A model generated the notes under the pieces. The model had not been told where the DNA came from. It saw only the letters and a list, made by a program, of their open reading frames with translations, and searched no databases. Source: an uncultured delta proteobacterium (lineage in GTDB: Bacteria; Myxococcota_A; Polyangia; Polyangiales; Polyangiaceae). From it: DNA of 64,000 nucleotides. Every line of letters begins with the position of its first letter. The stretch's first letter is position 1. The stretch spans positions 896,001 to 960,000 of the forward strand of contig CAWKKR010000008.1 of the NCBI GenBank assembly GCA_963850305.1, in the 5' to 3' direction. The translations under genes and the position numbers were made by a program. Shown here piece by piece: positions 1 to 9,403 of this stretch.

Positions 1-277
1 GCCGAGGCGCGGTCGTCGAAGGCTGGTTCGGATCCGGGAATGCGTCATCGAAGCTCCTCGTGGCAGTGGCACATCGGTGCCCTGGACCGCCCTGTGAAGC
101 ATCAACCGCGCCAGGCGCTCATTCAGGGGAATTTCAGAGCCCGCAGCCGTTTGCGGCACAATCTGGCACACACCCCTATTCTCACCGGGTCCTGGCGTAT
201 CCCGAAACCCTTCATGGCTTCGATGAAACGGGTAGCTCGCCGTCATCAGCGATGTGGCGTGCCGTACTCGAACCCAA

Positions 278-432
278 CTACCCGCGCCGAGCTGCCTCGA
301 TCTTCGCGACGTCGATCTTCCGCATCGTCATCATTGCCTGGAAGACTCGCTTTGCCTGTCCGTGGCAATCTGGAACGAGAAGGCTTCGCTGTGCTCGAAC
401 TGCGAACCACCGTTGAGACCGAGGCGGGGGAT
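278..432 (-). pseudogene. Remnant of a VOC/PhnB-like (3-demethylubiquinone-9 3-methyltransferase-like) gene, internally deleted and 5'-truncated
   Basis: Minus strand reads IPRLGLNGGSQFEHSEAFSFQIATDRQ, then in another frame AKRVFQAMMTMRKIDVAKIEAARRG* (stop 278-280). Both are characteristic segments of this family. The intervening CGWxKD(K/R)(W/F)GxSWQ segment is missing. Confidence 0.75.
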
Positions 433-738
433 GGGCAGGAGCCCCGCGAATAGGGTACGCGAAGGCCGGCTCGATGAAATGGTTTCCACACCGGTGACGT
501 TAATGTTTCGCATGAACGCAGCGGGCGATCGTTGTCATCGAAACGAGACAATGAGCCGCTGCCAACGCTTGCGTGGGCAGGGGCGGCCCACCATAATGCC
601 CCGGCCCTGAGCGTGGCAGGGAACGGCGCCGCGCTGGCATCGACGGCACGCGACACGCAAATCGACACGCGATCGACCACCCTGTTTGCCGCATGGGCGG
701 TCGTCATCGAAAACTTAGAGAAGTTCCGGAGGGCCCGT

Positions 739-2883
739 ATGCAGTCCAAGGTCGTTATTCTCGCCCTCCTGGGGGGCGCTTTCGTGATGGTGAACTGTTC
801 GGGGCAACAGCACAGATCGAGGACCGACGCGGACGCGCAAGACTCCGGCAAGGCGAACGGCGCCGGCGGGGGCGGCGGCGGCACCAGCCTCCTTCTGCCG
901 ACGCCCGCGGCCAGCGCCACGAGCTCCGTCCAGACGGCGCTCCCGCCCCTACCTGAATTGACTAACGTCGTCGCGTATCAGCGAAGCGACTCGGTGGGCA
1001 TCGATTTCGATCCGGTCGACGGCGCTCAGGACTACCGCGTCTATCCGTTACCCGACGACTCGCAGATCACGAAGAACGCAGACGGCTCGATCACGATCCC
1101 GAACGCGATCTACCGGTGTTCCGGCGACCGGCAAACATACGCGGTCAACAGGACTGCCAGCCCCGGCAGCGCGAACGCAACCCTGTCGACGACCTTCGAC
1201 ACGGATCCGGCGAAGAACACGCTCGGCTATGTCTACCTCGAGGCGGGCGCGGGACTCCTCCCCGTCTACGCCCTCGGCGCCGTCAAGGACGAGGCGGAAG
1301 ACGACGAGGTCGGGTGGAAGGAGAGCCGGCTGAAGATCTACACCACGGATCCGGCGAAGCGAACGCAGCTGCTCGGCGAAAGCTGGCGCGACGACGGGAT
1401 CGTCTTCTACGTTCCGAGCAGCGCCAGTTCGTCGACCCAGACGGTCTACTCGTCCCAGCTCACGGAGATCGTCGCTGGTCAGGGCTGGACGCGGTATCAC
1501 CAGTATTACTACCTCGGAGCGGACAAGGCGGCGCACGCGAAGGACACGACCCCACCGGCGCCCGCGTTCCAGGTGCTGACGGCCTCCGCTCCAGGAACGG
1601 CCCCTCTCGGTGCCGTTATCTATTTCGGCAGGCACGAGCACGTCGAGCTCGCGGCTGGCTCCGAACGGTTCCAGCGCGCGGCGTATCAGGGCGACGGACC
1701 GCTATGGCATCTCGAGTGGTCGGGGCTCACCGCGAAGACGACCCTGGTCGTCGAGGCGCTGGACTCCGGCTGTCCTTTCCAGGGTCTGCTATCACCGCAG
1801 CACATCGACGCTTCCGCGACGCACCAGGCCTTCATGACGCTCGACGAGCTGCGCGCGGCATCGCCGACCGGCGAAGTGTTCATCAACGGCCAGCACGATC
1901 CGACCAGCAAGCCGAAGGCCATCGCTCGCTCGTTCATCTCCGTCGCACCTCAACCCATCCCCGCCGGCACGTGGGATTGGTACCAGGACTTCGAGGACGG
2001 TGCTGGCAGCGGTACGGAGGGCGGCGTCGGAACGGGTTTCGGACCCGTGACGGAGGTTCCCGGGTGCACGGACCTGAACTGCGGACGATGGCAAACGCCC
2101 GACCTCGACTTCAGCGTCTATCGGATGGACAAGGTTGGATCCCAGCTCATCTTCACGTACGGCCAGTTTCTCGGACAGCTCTGGGTCGCCTACGACGACT
2201 TCGGGAGCGACGTGACGGGCAAGGTTCGATTCACGGCGCGGCAGAAGGCGTCCGTGAACACCGATCCGTCGAAGTACCTGCACGCGACGATGTCCGTGGA
2301 CATCGTCGCCACCGACCGTAGATACCCGCAGCTGATCATCTCCGACCAGGACGCGCCGGTCCAGGAAGGGCTCTCGAACGCGGACAACAACACGCTCCTG
2401 ATCCAGCCGATCGAGGGACCGCCGATGAGGTTCGAGGTACAAGCAATTCATGGCCTCGTCGGGGGCAAAGCGTGGGACGTGAATAATCAGGCGCCGGAGC
2501 ACCGCCTGATCGACACGGAGGCGGCCCTGACCGAGCCCAGCGATTGGCCGTTCGAACATGCGGGCATGGACCGGTTGACGCAATTCGACGTCTACGTCTC
2601 CTCGAACCGGCTCTACGCTTTCATGGACGGCAAACCCGCGGGTTGCATGACGTACCCGACGGGCGGATTTGCGATTTCCGGACCCGTGACGGTCACCCTC
2701 GGAGACGTCCTGTACCACGAGGGCGCCGCCGACGAGCTGGTGTGCTCGCAGGCGACGCCGTACGATTTCCTGCATCTGCATCAATGCACCGAGACGAAGC
2801 GTCACTTCGACGGCTTCGGTTTCAAGAACGACTCGGACGGGCCAGTATGGGACGAGACCAAGTTCCCCTGCCAGGCGTACTGA
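739..2883 (+). CDS. Large secreted lipoprotein of unknown function, beta-rich with paired Cys
   Basis: GGAGG precedes ATG at 739. Signal peptide with lipobox (FVMVNC), poly-Gly linker, strong GC3 codon bias. Confidence 0.8.
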   Translation: MQSKVVILALLGGAFVMVNCSGQQHRSRTDADAQDSGKANGAGGGGGGTSLLLPTPAASATSSVQTALPPLPELTNVVAYQRSDSVGIDFDPVDGAQDYRVYPLPDDSQITKNADGSITIPNAIYRCSGDRQTYAVNRTASPGSANATLSTTFDTDPAKNTLGYVYLEAGAGLLPVYALGAVKDEAEDDEVGWKESRLKIYTTDPAKRTQLLGESWRDDGIVFYVPSSASSSTQTVYSSQLTEIVAGQGWTRYHQYYYLGADKAAHAKDTTPPAPAFQVLTASAPGTAPLGAVIYFGRHEHVELAAGSERFQRAAYQGDGPLWHLEWSGLTAKTTLVVEALDSGCPFQGLLSPQHIDASATHQAFMTLDELRAASPTGEVFINGQHDPTSKPKAIARSFISVAPQPIPAGTWDWYQDFEDGAGSGTEGGVGTGFGPVTEVPGCTDLNCGRWQTPDLDFSVYRMDKVGSQLIFTYGQFLGQLWVAYDDFGSDVTGKVRFTARQKASVNTDPSKYLHATMSVDIVATDRRYPQLIISDQDAPVQEGLSNADNNTLLIQPIEGPPMRFEVQAIHGLVGGKAWDVNNQAPEHRLIDTEAALTEPSDWPFEHAGMDRLTQFDVYVSSNRLYAFMDGKPAGCMTYPTGGFAISGPVTVTLGDVLYHEGAADELVCSQATPYDFLHLHQCTETKRHFDGFGFKNDSDGPVWDETKFPCQAY

Positions 2884-4316
2884 AGGGGCGCCTCATCGCC
2901 ACGAAGTGGGCGAGACTGGGAGCGTCTGGCCTCGCGCTGCTTCTGTCGGGGTGCATCGGCAAACACGCCGTCGCCTCCGCAGAGGGGGGCGTACCCGAGG
3001 ACGGTTCGACCCTGGACGCCGCACCGACGATCACCGGAGCAGAAGCGGCTGCACTCCAGGCGCTCGCCCCGCTATCGCTTCCGGGACCGATTGACGACCC
3101 GACGAACCGATTCGCGGACGACCCGAACGCCGCGGCGTTCGGCAAACAGCTCTTCTTCGATCCGTTCTTCGCAGGTCCGCTCCTCGACTCCGACAACGAC
3201 GGCACTCCGGGGAGCCTCGGTTCGCCGGGGGACACTGGTCGAGTTGCCTGCGCGAGCTGCCACGTTCCCGAAGGGGGCTTCTCCGACACGCGGTCCTTTC
3301 AGCTCCAGATATCGCTGGGCGCCGGGTGGGGTCGCAGGCGCGCCCCCTCGCTCTTCGACGTCGGACAGGCGCGGCTCATCATGTGGGACGGTCGTCGCGA
3401 CGCGCTCTACAACCAGATCTTCGGACCGCTCGAATCGGTCGTGGAGATGAACAGCTCCCGTCTCTACGCGGCAGAGCAGCTCTACGCGAAATACCGCTCG
3501 GAGTACGAAGCCCTGTTCGGACCCATGCCCTCGCTCGAGGACACGACCCAGTTTCCCGCGTTGAGCGCCAGCTTGACCGGATGCCAGCCCAAGAACCCGA
3601 CGGATCCTCAGCCGACGTGCGACGGAACGTTTCACGGGTCGCCGGGAGACGGGGCGGAATACGACGGCCTTTCGCCGGAGAACCAGGTTGCCGTGACGCG
3701 CGTGGTGGTCAACGCCGGTAAGGCCCTCGGCGCGTTCGAACGAACTCTGTCGTGCGGAACGGGCGCCTTCGATTCATGGGTGCACGGAGACCCCACGGCG
3801 ATTTCGTTCTCCGCGCAGCGAGGAGCGAAACTCTTCGTCGGAAAAGCAGGCTGCGTCACTTGCCACTCGGGACCCTTTTTCTCCGATCAGAAGTTCCACG
3901 ACGTCGGATTGAAGCCAGCCATCGTCCAGCAGGCGTTCATCGACTCCAACGACGAGGGCGCCGCGACCGGAATCGCCGCCGCGATCGCCGATCCGTTGAA
4001 CACGTCAGGTCAGTTCAGCGATGGGACCGACGGTCGCTTGCCGAGCGCGGTGGCGGCCTCGATGATGGGCGCCTTTCTGACGCCCATGCTCCGCTGCGTC
4101 AGCCGACGTCCGTCCTTCATGCACACAGGCCAGATCCGGACGCTCGCGAAGGTCGTTGCTTTCTTCGATGCAGGCGGCGATATCGACGGGTACCCAGGCA
4201 ACCGGGAGATCCGCCCGCTCGGCCTCACTGCGTCCGACGAGGCGGATCTCACCGCCTTCTTGCAGTCGCTCGATGGTTCGCACCCGACGGACGCAGGGGA
4301 TCCGGGAGCGCACTAG
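2880..4316 (+). CDS. Di-heme cytochrome c peroxidase / MauG-family lipoprotein
   Basis: Two CxxCH motifs (CASCH, CVTCH), RRAPSL...MWDGR, P-x(5)-EM, TPMLR..FMHTG and lipobox LLSGC. Start is uncertain; a CTG at 2880 overlaps the upstream stop. Confidence 0.85.
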   Translation: MKGRLIATKWARLGASGLALLLSGCIGKHAVASAEGGVPEDGSTLDAAPTITGAEAAALQALAPLSLPGPIDDPTNRFADDPNAAAFGKQLFFDPFFAGPLLDSDNDGTPGSLGSPGDTGRVACASCHVPEGGFSDTRSFQLQISLGAGWGRRRAPSLFDVGQARLIMWDGRRDALYNQIFGPLESVVEMNSSRLYAAEQLYAKYRSEYEALFGPMPSLEDTTQFPALSASLTGCQPKNPTDPQPTCDGTFHGSPGDGAEYDGLSPENQVAVTRVVVNAGKALGAFERTLSCGTGAFDSWVHGDPTAISFSAQRGAKLFVGKAGCVTCHSGPFFSDQKFHDVGLKPAIVQQAFIDSNDEGAATGIAAAIADPLNTSGQFSDGTDGRLPSAVAASMMGAFLTPMLRCVSRRPSFMHTGQIRTLAKVVAFFDAGGDIDGYPGNREIRPLGLTASDEADLTAFLQSLDGSHPTDAGDPGAH

Positions 4317-4367
4317 AAACACGCTCGCCCGGCACCTATGCTCGGCGCGTAGACCACGCCACGATCG

Positions 4368-5516
4368 ATGTCATCCCGAAATTCAGACGCCGGCAGTGCC
4401 AAGATGCGTCTGCACTTTCTCGACGGAATTCGAGGGCTGGCGAGCCTCTACGTAGTGCTCTTCCACGAAGCGACGGCCAAGGTCGTCGTGCCCCCGAAGC
4501 TCTCGCCGGTCCTGCACTTCGTCCATGCGTGGTGCGGGCTCGGCCACTTCTCGGTCGTCGTCTTCATCGTCCTGTCCGGCTTCAGCCTCATGCTACCCAT
4601 CAGCCGGTCAGGGGAAACGCGCCTCGTCGGTGGCTTCAGCCGTTACCTGCGCCGCCGCGCTCGACGCATTCTGCCTCCCTACTACGCAGCCCTCGTGCTT
4701 TCCGCTGGTCTCATCGTCGCCGCGAACGGGGCCTCCTCGAGGTTCGGAGGTAAGCGCATCGACGCTGCGGCGCTGAGCATGGGCTCGCTCGTATCGCACG
4801 TATTCCTCTTCCAAAACGCAAGGTTCGATTGGGTTTATCGCATCAACGGGCCCATGTGGAGCGTTTCAACGGAGTGGCAGCTCTACTTCGTGTTCGCGCT
4901 AGGGCTGCTACCACTTTTCAGATTCGCCGGACCGATCCCTACGGTGATCGTCGGGTGGATCGTCGGAAGCTTGCCGTTCTTCCTGTTGCCCCCAGATTCG
5001 AACTTCTTCTGGGCATGCCCTTGGTTCATGGGCGCGTTCGCACTCGGAATGCTCGGCGCATCACTTGGATTTTCTCCGGCTCGATCCGCCTTCCACACCA
5101 GCCCGAGTGCGCTCTGGGACTGGGTAACCGCCGGTACGGTCGCATTTCTGCTGATAGCCCTCGTCTCCCGACGCGCGGATACGTGGCCGCTGCCATTCAT
5201 CGATCTCATCGTAAGCCTCGCCACGTTCTCGGGCATCAACGCGTGCGTGGAGCGCTCTCTCCGTGGTGAAGCGCCGTCGAGTCCAGCGATCCGGCTGCTC
5301 GGATCGGCGCCGCTCCGGTCCCTCGCGGGCTTCTCGTACAGCCTCTATCTGATCCAGCACCCGCTCATCCGATTGTTCGAGCGCGTACTCGAGCGCCTGC
5401 ACATCGGTTCGAACGCCAGCTTTCTCCTCCTGCTCATGTGCGGCACCCCCATGGTGATGCTGGCGGCCTGGGTCTTTTCGCTCGGTTTCGAACGACCGTT
5501 CACGCGCAGTGCGTGA
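4368..5516 (+). CDS. Acyltransferase family 3 (OafA-like) membrane O-acyltransferase
   Basis: LDGIRGLA..VVLFH, FIVLSGF, RRARRILPPYY, WSVSTEWQLY and SYSLYLIQHP, with multiple TM helices. Alternative start at 4404. Confidence 0.9.
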   Translation: MSSRNSDAGSAKMRLHFLDGIRGLASLYVVLFHEATAKVVVPPKLSPVLHFVHAWCGLGHFSVVVFIVLSGFSLMLPISRSGETRLVGGFSRYLRRRARRILPPYYAALVLSAGLIVAANGASSRFGGKRIDAAALSMGSLVSHVFLFQNARFDWVYRINGPMWSVSTEWQLYFVFALGLLPLFRFAGPIPTVIVGWIVGSLPFFLLPPDSNFFWACPWFMGAFALGMLGASLGFSPARSAFHTSPSALWDWVTAGTVAFLLIALVSRRADTWPLPFIDLIVSLATFSGINACVERSLRGEAPSSPAIRLLGSAPLRSLAGFSYSLYLIQHPLIRLFERVLERLHIGSNASFLLLLMCGTPMVMLAAWVFSLGFERPFTRSA

Positions 5517-5582
5517 GGGAGACGAGCCCAAGCGTCCCACGGCACTCCCCGACGTCAAGCGACCGGCGCCACCGCACGGAAC

Positions 5583-6494
5583 CTACGTGGTTCGCGACCT
5601 GTTATCGAGCGTCCGCTCCGTTCGGGCCTCGGGGTTCAGGAGGCTCGCCGCGTTCCCGTGGAAGCCGAGCGGTTCGGTGACCTGGTACACGTTGCCGCGG
5701 TGACGGAGCCGTCTCACGAACTGCTCCGGGAGGCCGCAGCTCAGCGCCGGATTTTCATCCCACCGCGTGGGCGGCGTCCGGAACACGTCGGACTCGAGGA
5801 TCTCGAGAAAAGAGCGGCCCACCAGGAAGGCCTGGAAATCGAACCACTGGGTGAGCCGGAGCCGCCCGCCGGGAACGTCCTTGCGGCGAAAGCGAATCCA
5901 TCGACCCTCTACCTCGTCGTCCTCGAAACAGACGAGGTAAAGGACGGCCTTTTTCGGATCCTCGATCGAGTCCCAGAGCGAACGCGCTTCGGCGATGAAG
6001 CGCGGCCCGAGGGTCACATCGTCTTCGATGAAGAGCGCCTGCTCCGGCTGGAGCACGCCGAGCGCGGCGAGCGCGGTTCCGTAGATGCGGTGCCGGTTCG
6101 TCTTCCCGCACCAGGTGGGTGACTCGTAGTACGCGAAGCGTCCTTCGTACGCCTGCTCCAGATACGAGAGCACGGGCGAGTAGTCCGCCGCGGACGTGTC
6201 CTCGACGATCAAGAGGAACGTGTCCTGGAGGAGGCCGGCGTCCTCGAGCGATCCGCGCAACGCTTCGACCAGCGCCCTGCATAGATCGACCCGGGCGTGA
6301 GTGACGAGGGTGATACAGAGCCTCGGCGGACCGCTCGCGAGGGCAGCGCCGCCCAGGACGTCGACGGACGTGCCTCTTGCCAGGAACTTCTGCCGGTCCA
6401 CGGGGTCCACGGGGCGGAGCCGGCGATTGAGTCGGCACTCGAGCTTCCACACGAGATCGGCGACGAGCCTCCGGCTACTCATGGGCTTTTTCAC
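5583..6494 (-). CDS. Putative glycosyltransferase (GT-A fold-like)
   Basis: LCITLVTHAR, LIVEDTS and LFIEDDV (DxD-like). Lies directly downstream of the flippase. Confidence 0.6.
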   Translation of the reverse strand: MKKPMSSRRLVADLVWKLECRLNRRLRPVDPVDRQKFLARGTSVDVLGGAALASGPPRLCITLVTHARVDLCRALVEALRGSLEDAGLLQDTFLLIVEDTSAADYSPVLSYLEQAYEGRFAYYESPTWCGKTNRHRIYGTALAALGVLQPEQALFIEDDVTLGPRFIAEARSLWDSIEDPKKAVLYLVCFEDDEVEGRWIRFRRKDVPGGRLRLTQWFDFQAFLVGRSFLEILESDVFRTPPTRWDENPALSCGLPEQFVRRLRHRGNVYQVTEPLGFHGNAASLLNPEARTERTLDNRSRTT

Positions 6495-6521
6495 TTCCCG
6501 TGACCACGCGTAGCCCGCCTT

Positions 6522-8072
6522 TTAACAGAGTTCGCGGTCCGGACGCGCCACCGACCGAGCGCCTCCAGGGCGCCCAGGGTTCAGATCGCGGAGGCGAATG
6601 CCGAGGACGGCCCGCAGATAAAGGGCGTAGGCGCCGAGGCCCACAGCAGCGTAGAGCGCGAGCCGCCCGGCCGCGCCGATGACGGACAGGTGCAGGAAGG
6701 ACAGCGCGGCGAGCGACGCGGCCATCGCTCCGAGCGCGCCCGCCACGGGGGCGATCTGCTTGACGATGGGCCAGACACGAATGCCGGCGATGCGCCGCGT
6801 CCAGTGCGCGAGGACGACGAGCAGGCTCGGATATGTCGCGAGCCATACCCCGACGACGACGAACAGACCCCACCGCTGCCCGAAGAAGTGCAGCGCGAGC
6901 GCGAAGCCCACTGCGAGCACGCCGAGGCTCAGGAGGGCGTCGTAGACCGCGTACTCCGCACGATTGATCGCGAAGAAGATCTGTGGGTAGAGCTCCGCGA
7001 ACCCCCGCAGCAGGGCCGCCCAGCCGAGCAATCGGGCCACCGGGACCGCGGCGAGCCAGCGTTCGTTCGCGATGACACGAATGGTGTCGGCGCTCTCGAA
7101 CCACAGGAAAACCACTGTTGGCCCCAGCAAGAGGAGCAGATACCGGAAAGACCGCGCGAACGCGCCCTCGAGTTCGTTCCGGTCGTGAGCGATGCGCGAG
7201 TAGACCGGGTATGTGACGCGGTTGACGACCGTGACGACGATCTCGAGCGGCGTCATCGCGAGGTCGAAAGCCACGCGATACACGCCAAGCGCCTCCACGC
7301 CGAGGAAGCGGCCGACGAAGAAATAGTCCGTATTCTTCTGGGCGAAGAGGATCGCCGTCGAGGTCGCGTTCCGGATTCCGAACGTCAGGAAGCGTCTGAC
7401 CTCCGCGAATCGAAGGTGTGCCTTCGGCCAGAAGGGGGCCAGCAGGTACACGAACAAGAGGGCGTAGACGCCGCGGGCTGCATTGGCGATGACCAGCGAC
7501 CATGCGCCGGCGTTGCACAGGAGCAGCACGATCTTCGTGCCCGCCTCGAGGGCCGACGCGCCCGTCTGCACGGCGCTTGCCTCCCGAAATTGCAGACGGC
7601 GAGCAAGGAGCTGGAGCGGCACGACCGCCACACCGACGAAGACCAGCTTCGACGCCGCGGTGACGAGCAACCATTTCAGCTCGGGCTCCCGGTAAAAGCC
7701 GGAGATCGCCGGCGAGACGACGACCATCGCCGCGGCGAGCACGCAGCCGACCAGCGTGCAAAACCAGAAGAGACTGTCGAGCTCGCGTCGCGAAACGTCC
7801 TTGGTCTGGACGAGCGCGCTCCCGACACCGAGACCCGAGAGGGCCTCCACGACGATGGCGACGCTCCAGGCGAGGGACGCGATGCCCATGTCCTCGCGGC
7901 TCAGCTTCCGGAGCAGGATGACCAGCCCGGCCACGTCGAGCAATCGCATCAACAGCGTGGCGGAGCCAAACCAGAGGAGCCCGCGCTTCAGCTCGCTCTC
8001 GGCGTCGATGCCGCCGTCCGGCCGCTCCTCAGCAGGTTCCGCCCGACTGTTCCCATCTGGAGGAGCGCTCAT
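6522..8072 (-). CDS. Wzx-like oligosaccharide flippase (MOP superfamily)
   Basis: About 12-14 TM segments, GLGVGSALVQ, LDSLFW and DYFFVGRFLGVEALGVY. Confidence 0.88.
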   Translation of the reverse strand: MSAPPDGNSRAEPAEERPDGGIDAESELKRGLLWFGSATLLMRLLDVAGLVILLRKLSREDMGIASLAWSVAIVVEALSGLGVGSALVQTKDVSRRELDSLFWFCTLVGCVLAAAMVVVSPAISGFYREPELKWLLVTAASKLVFVGVAVVPLQLLARRLQFREASAVQTGASALEAGTKIVLLLCNAGAWSLVIANAARGVYALLFVYLLAPFWPKAHLRFAEVRRFLTFGIRNATSTAILFAQKNTDYFFVGRFLGVEALGVYRVAFDLAMTPLEIVVTVVNRVTYPVYSRIAHDRNELEGAFARSFRYLLLLLGPTVVFLWFESADTIRVIANERWLAAVPVARLLGWAALLRGFAELYPQIFFAINRAEYAVYDALLSLGVLAVGFALALHFFGQRWGLFVVVGVWLATYPSLLVVLAHWTRRIAGIRVWPIVKQIAPVAGALGAMAASLAALSFLHLSVIGAAGRLALYAAVGLGAYALYLRAVLGIRLRDLNPGRPGGARSVARPDRELC

Positions 8073-8195
8073 GGACCCGGGCGACGCGGACTTCGGCTCC
8101 CAACGTCTCACGCGCTCGGTCGCCGGTCAATCCACGCGAAAACGCGCTCGCCCTGCGCTCGTCCACCACGATGGTCGATCGTCCCGAGCGGCGCC

Positions 8196-9377
8196 TCAGT
8201 TGCTCACGGGCGTCCGCGTGCAGGTCTGGCTGTGCCAGTCGATGCGGGCGCCACCGTCGATCATGTCGAAGTCGCTCGGCTTCAGCGCTCCGAGATCGGA
8301 GCCACCGATGGCGCCGGACGCCTCGGTGGTGGCCGAGACGTAAATGTTGCCGCCGTCGGCCAGGAACATGCCGTAGGTCTGCAGGGCCTTGGCCACGGCT
8401 CGCGCGGCGTCATTGGGAAGCGATGTGAGATCGTAATCGGCACGGAGGCGCAGGCGGGACCCATACGGCAGCGTGTCGGCGCCGCCACTGGGTCCACCGA
8501 TGTGCGTCGCGGGGTGCACGTACACGCCGGAGCGAATGCGGTCGTTCGAGATGGTGAACCGCAGGGCGTGCTTGACCTCCCCGGCGTTCAGCTCGTCGAG
8601 CGTGAGGAGCAGCGGCGCGATCGGCATGTCGCCGGCGTCGGCGCCATTGCAGCCGTCGCCGCGCCCGAAGTTCGGTGGCGCCGCGGGCTGCCAGTAGTCG
8701 CGCGTCAGGTCCCACACGACGAGGCAGCTCCCCGTGAACTGTCCGCCAGTGGCCATCCCGCCGGTCACGTCGGACTGGTACAGCTCGTAGAGGCGCGTGC
8801 CCTGGTAGACGAGCAGGTGACAGTCTCCGCCGCTGCATGCGTAGTCGCTGGACCCCTCCGTCTTCCCGCCGGCGGGCAGCGGGATCGGCGCCGTGTCGCA
8901 ATCGGGGAGCGCGCCGGCGGGCTGAGTGAAAGCGCGGCGCGGGACGCTCGGGTCGGCGACGTTGATCTCGAACGAGAAATCGACGCCGAGCGTCTGGCGC
9001 TTACCGGCGTCGCCCCAGCCGCTCGTCTCGAGCGCCGAAAGGACCGTCGCCGACTCCGCGTCCACGGCGGAACTGGAGATGTCTTGATAGAACACCGCGG
9101 AGGCCGCGAGCGCCGTCTGCGTCGTTCCCGTAGCACCGCCTGCGCTCGCGCCACCCGGGCTTCCGGCTCCGCCGCTCCCGCTGCCATCCGCGGTCCCACC
9201 GGCGCTCGTGCCGCCCGTCGCAATGCTCGAGGCACCCCCGGTGTTGCTCGCGCCACCGTTTGGATTGCCCCCATTCGAACCCGCGGTCCCGTGGTTATTC
9301 GACCCCGAGCTCCCACAGGAGACCGTGGCCAGAGCACATACGGAAAGCAGCCCCCAGTGTAACGAGAGTGTCCGCAT
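8196..9377 (-). CDS. Lipoprotein with Gly-rich linker and uncharacterised C-terminal domain
   Basis: Lipobox ATVSC and GGS/GGA linker. The domain carries GDCHLLV, LYELY, GADAGDMP, HALRFT, PYGSRLRL and YGMFLADGG. Confidence 0.8.
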   Translation of the reverse strand: MRTLSLHWGLLSVCALATVSCGSSGSNNHGTAGSNGGNPNGGASNTGGASSIATGGTSAGGTADGSGSGGAGSPGGASAGGATGTTQTALAASAVFYQDISSSAVDAESATVLSALETSGWGDAGKRQTLGVDFSFEINVADPSVPRRAFTQPAGALPDCDTAPIPLPAGGKTEGSSDYACSGGDCHLLVYQGTRLYELYQSDVTGGMATGGQFTGSCLVVWDLTRDYWQPAAPPNFGRGDGCNGADAGDMPIAPLLLTLDELNAGEVKHALRFTISNDRIRSGVYVHPATHIGGPSGGADTLPYGSRLRLRADYDLTSLPNDAARAVAKALQTYGMFLADGGNIYVSATTEASGAIGGSDLGALKPSDFDMIDGGARIDWHSQTCTRTPVSN

Positions 9378-9403
9378 GACCGAGCAGGATAAGCGCAAAG
9401 TGT

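Noticed and set aside
6690..9362. 890-aa plus-strand ORF and other long antisense ORFs (e.g. 22680-24299, 37522-39222, 60961-62691)
   Set aside because: These are shadow frames of real opposite-strand genes in high-GC DNA. They are Arg/Ala-rich with no motifs.
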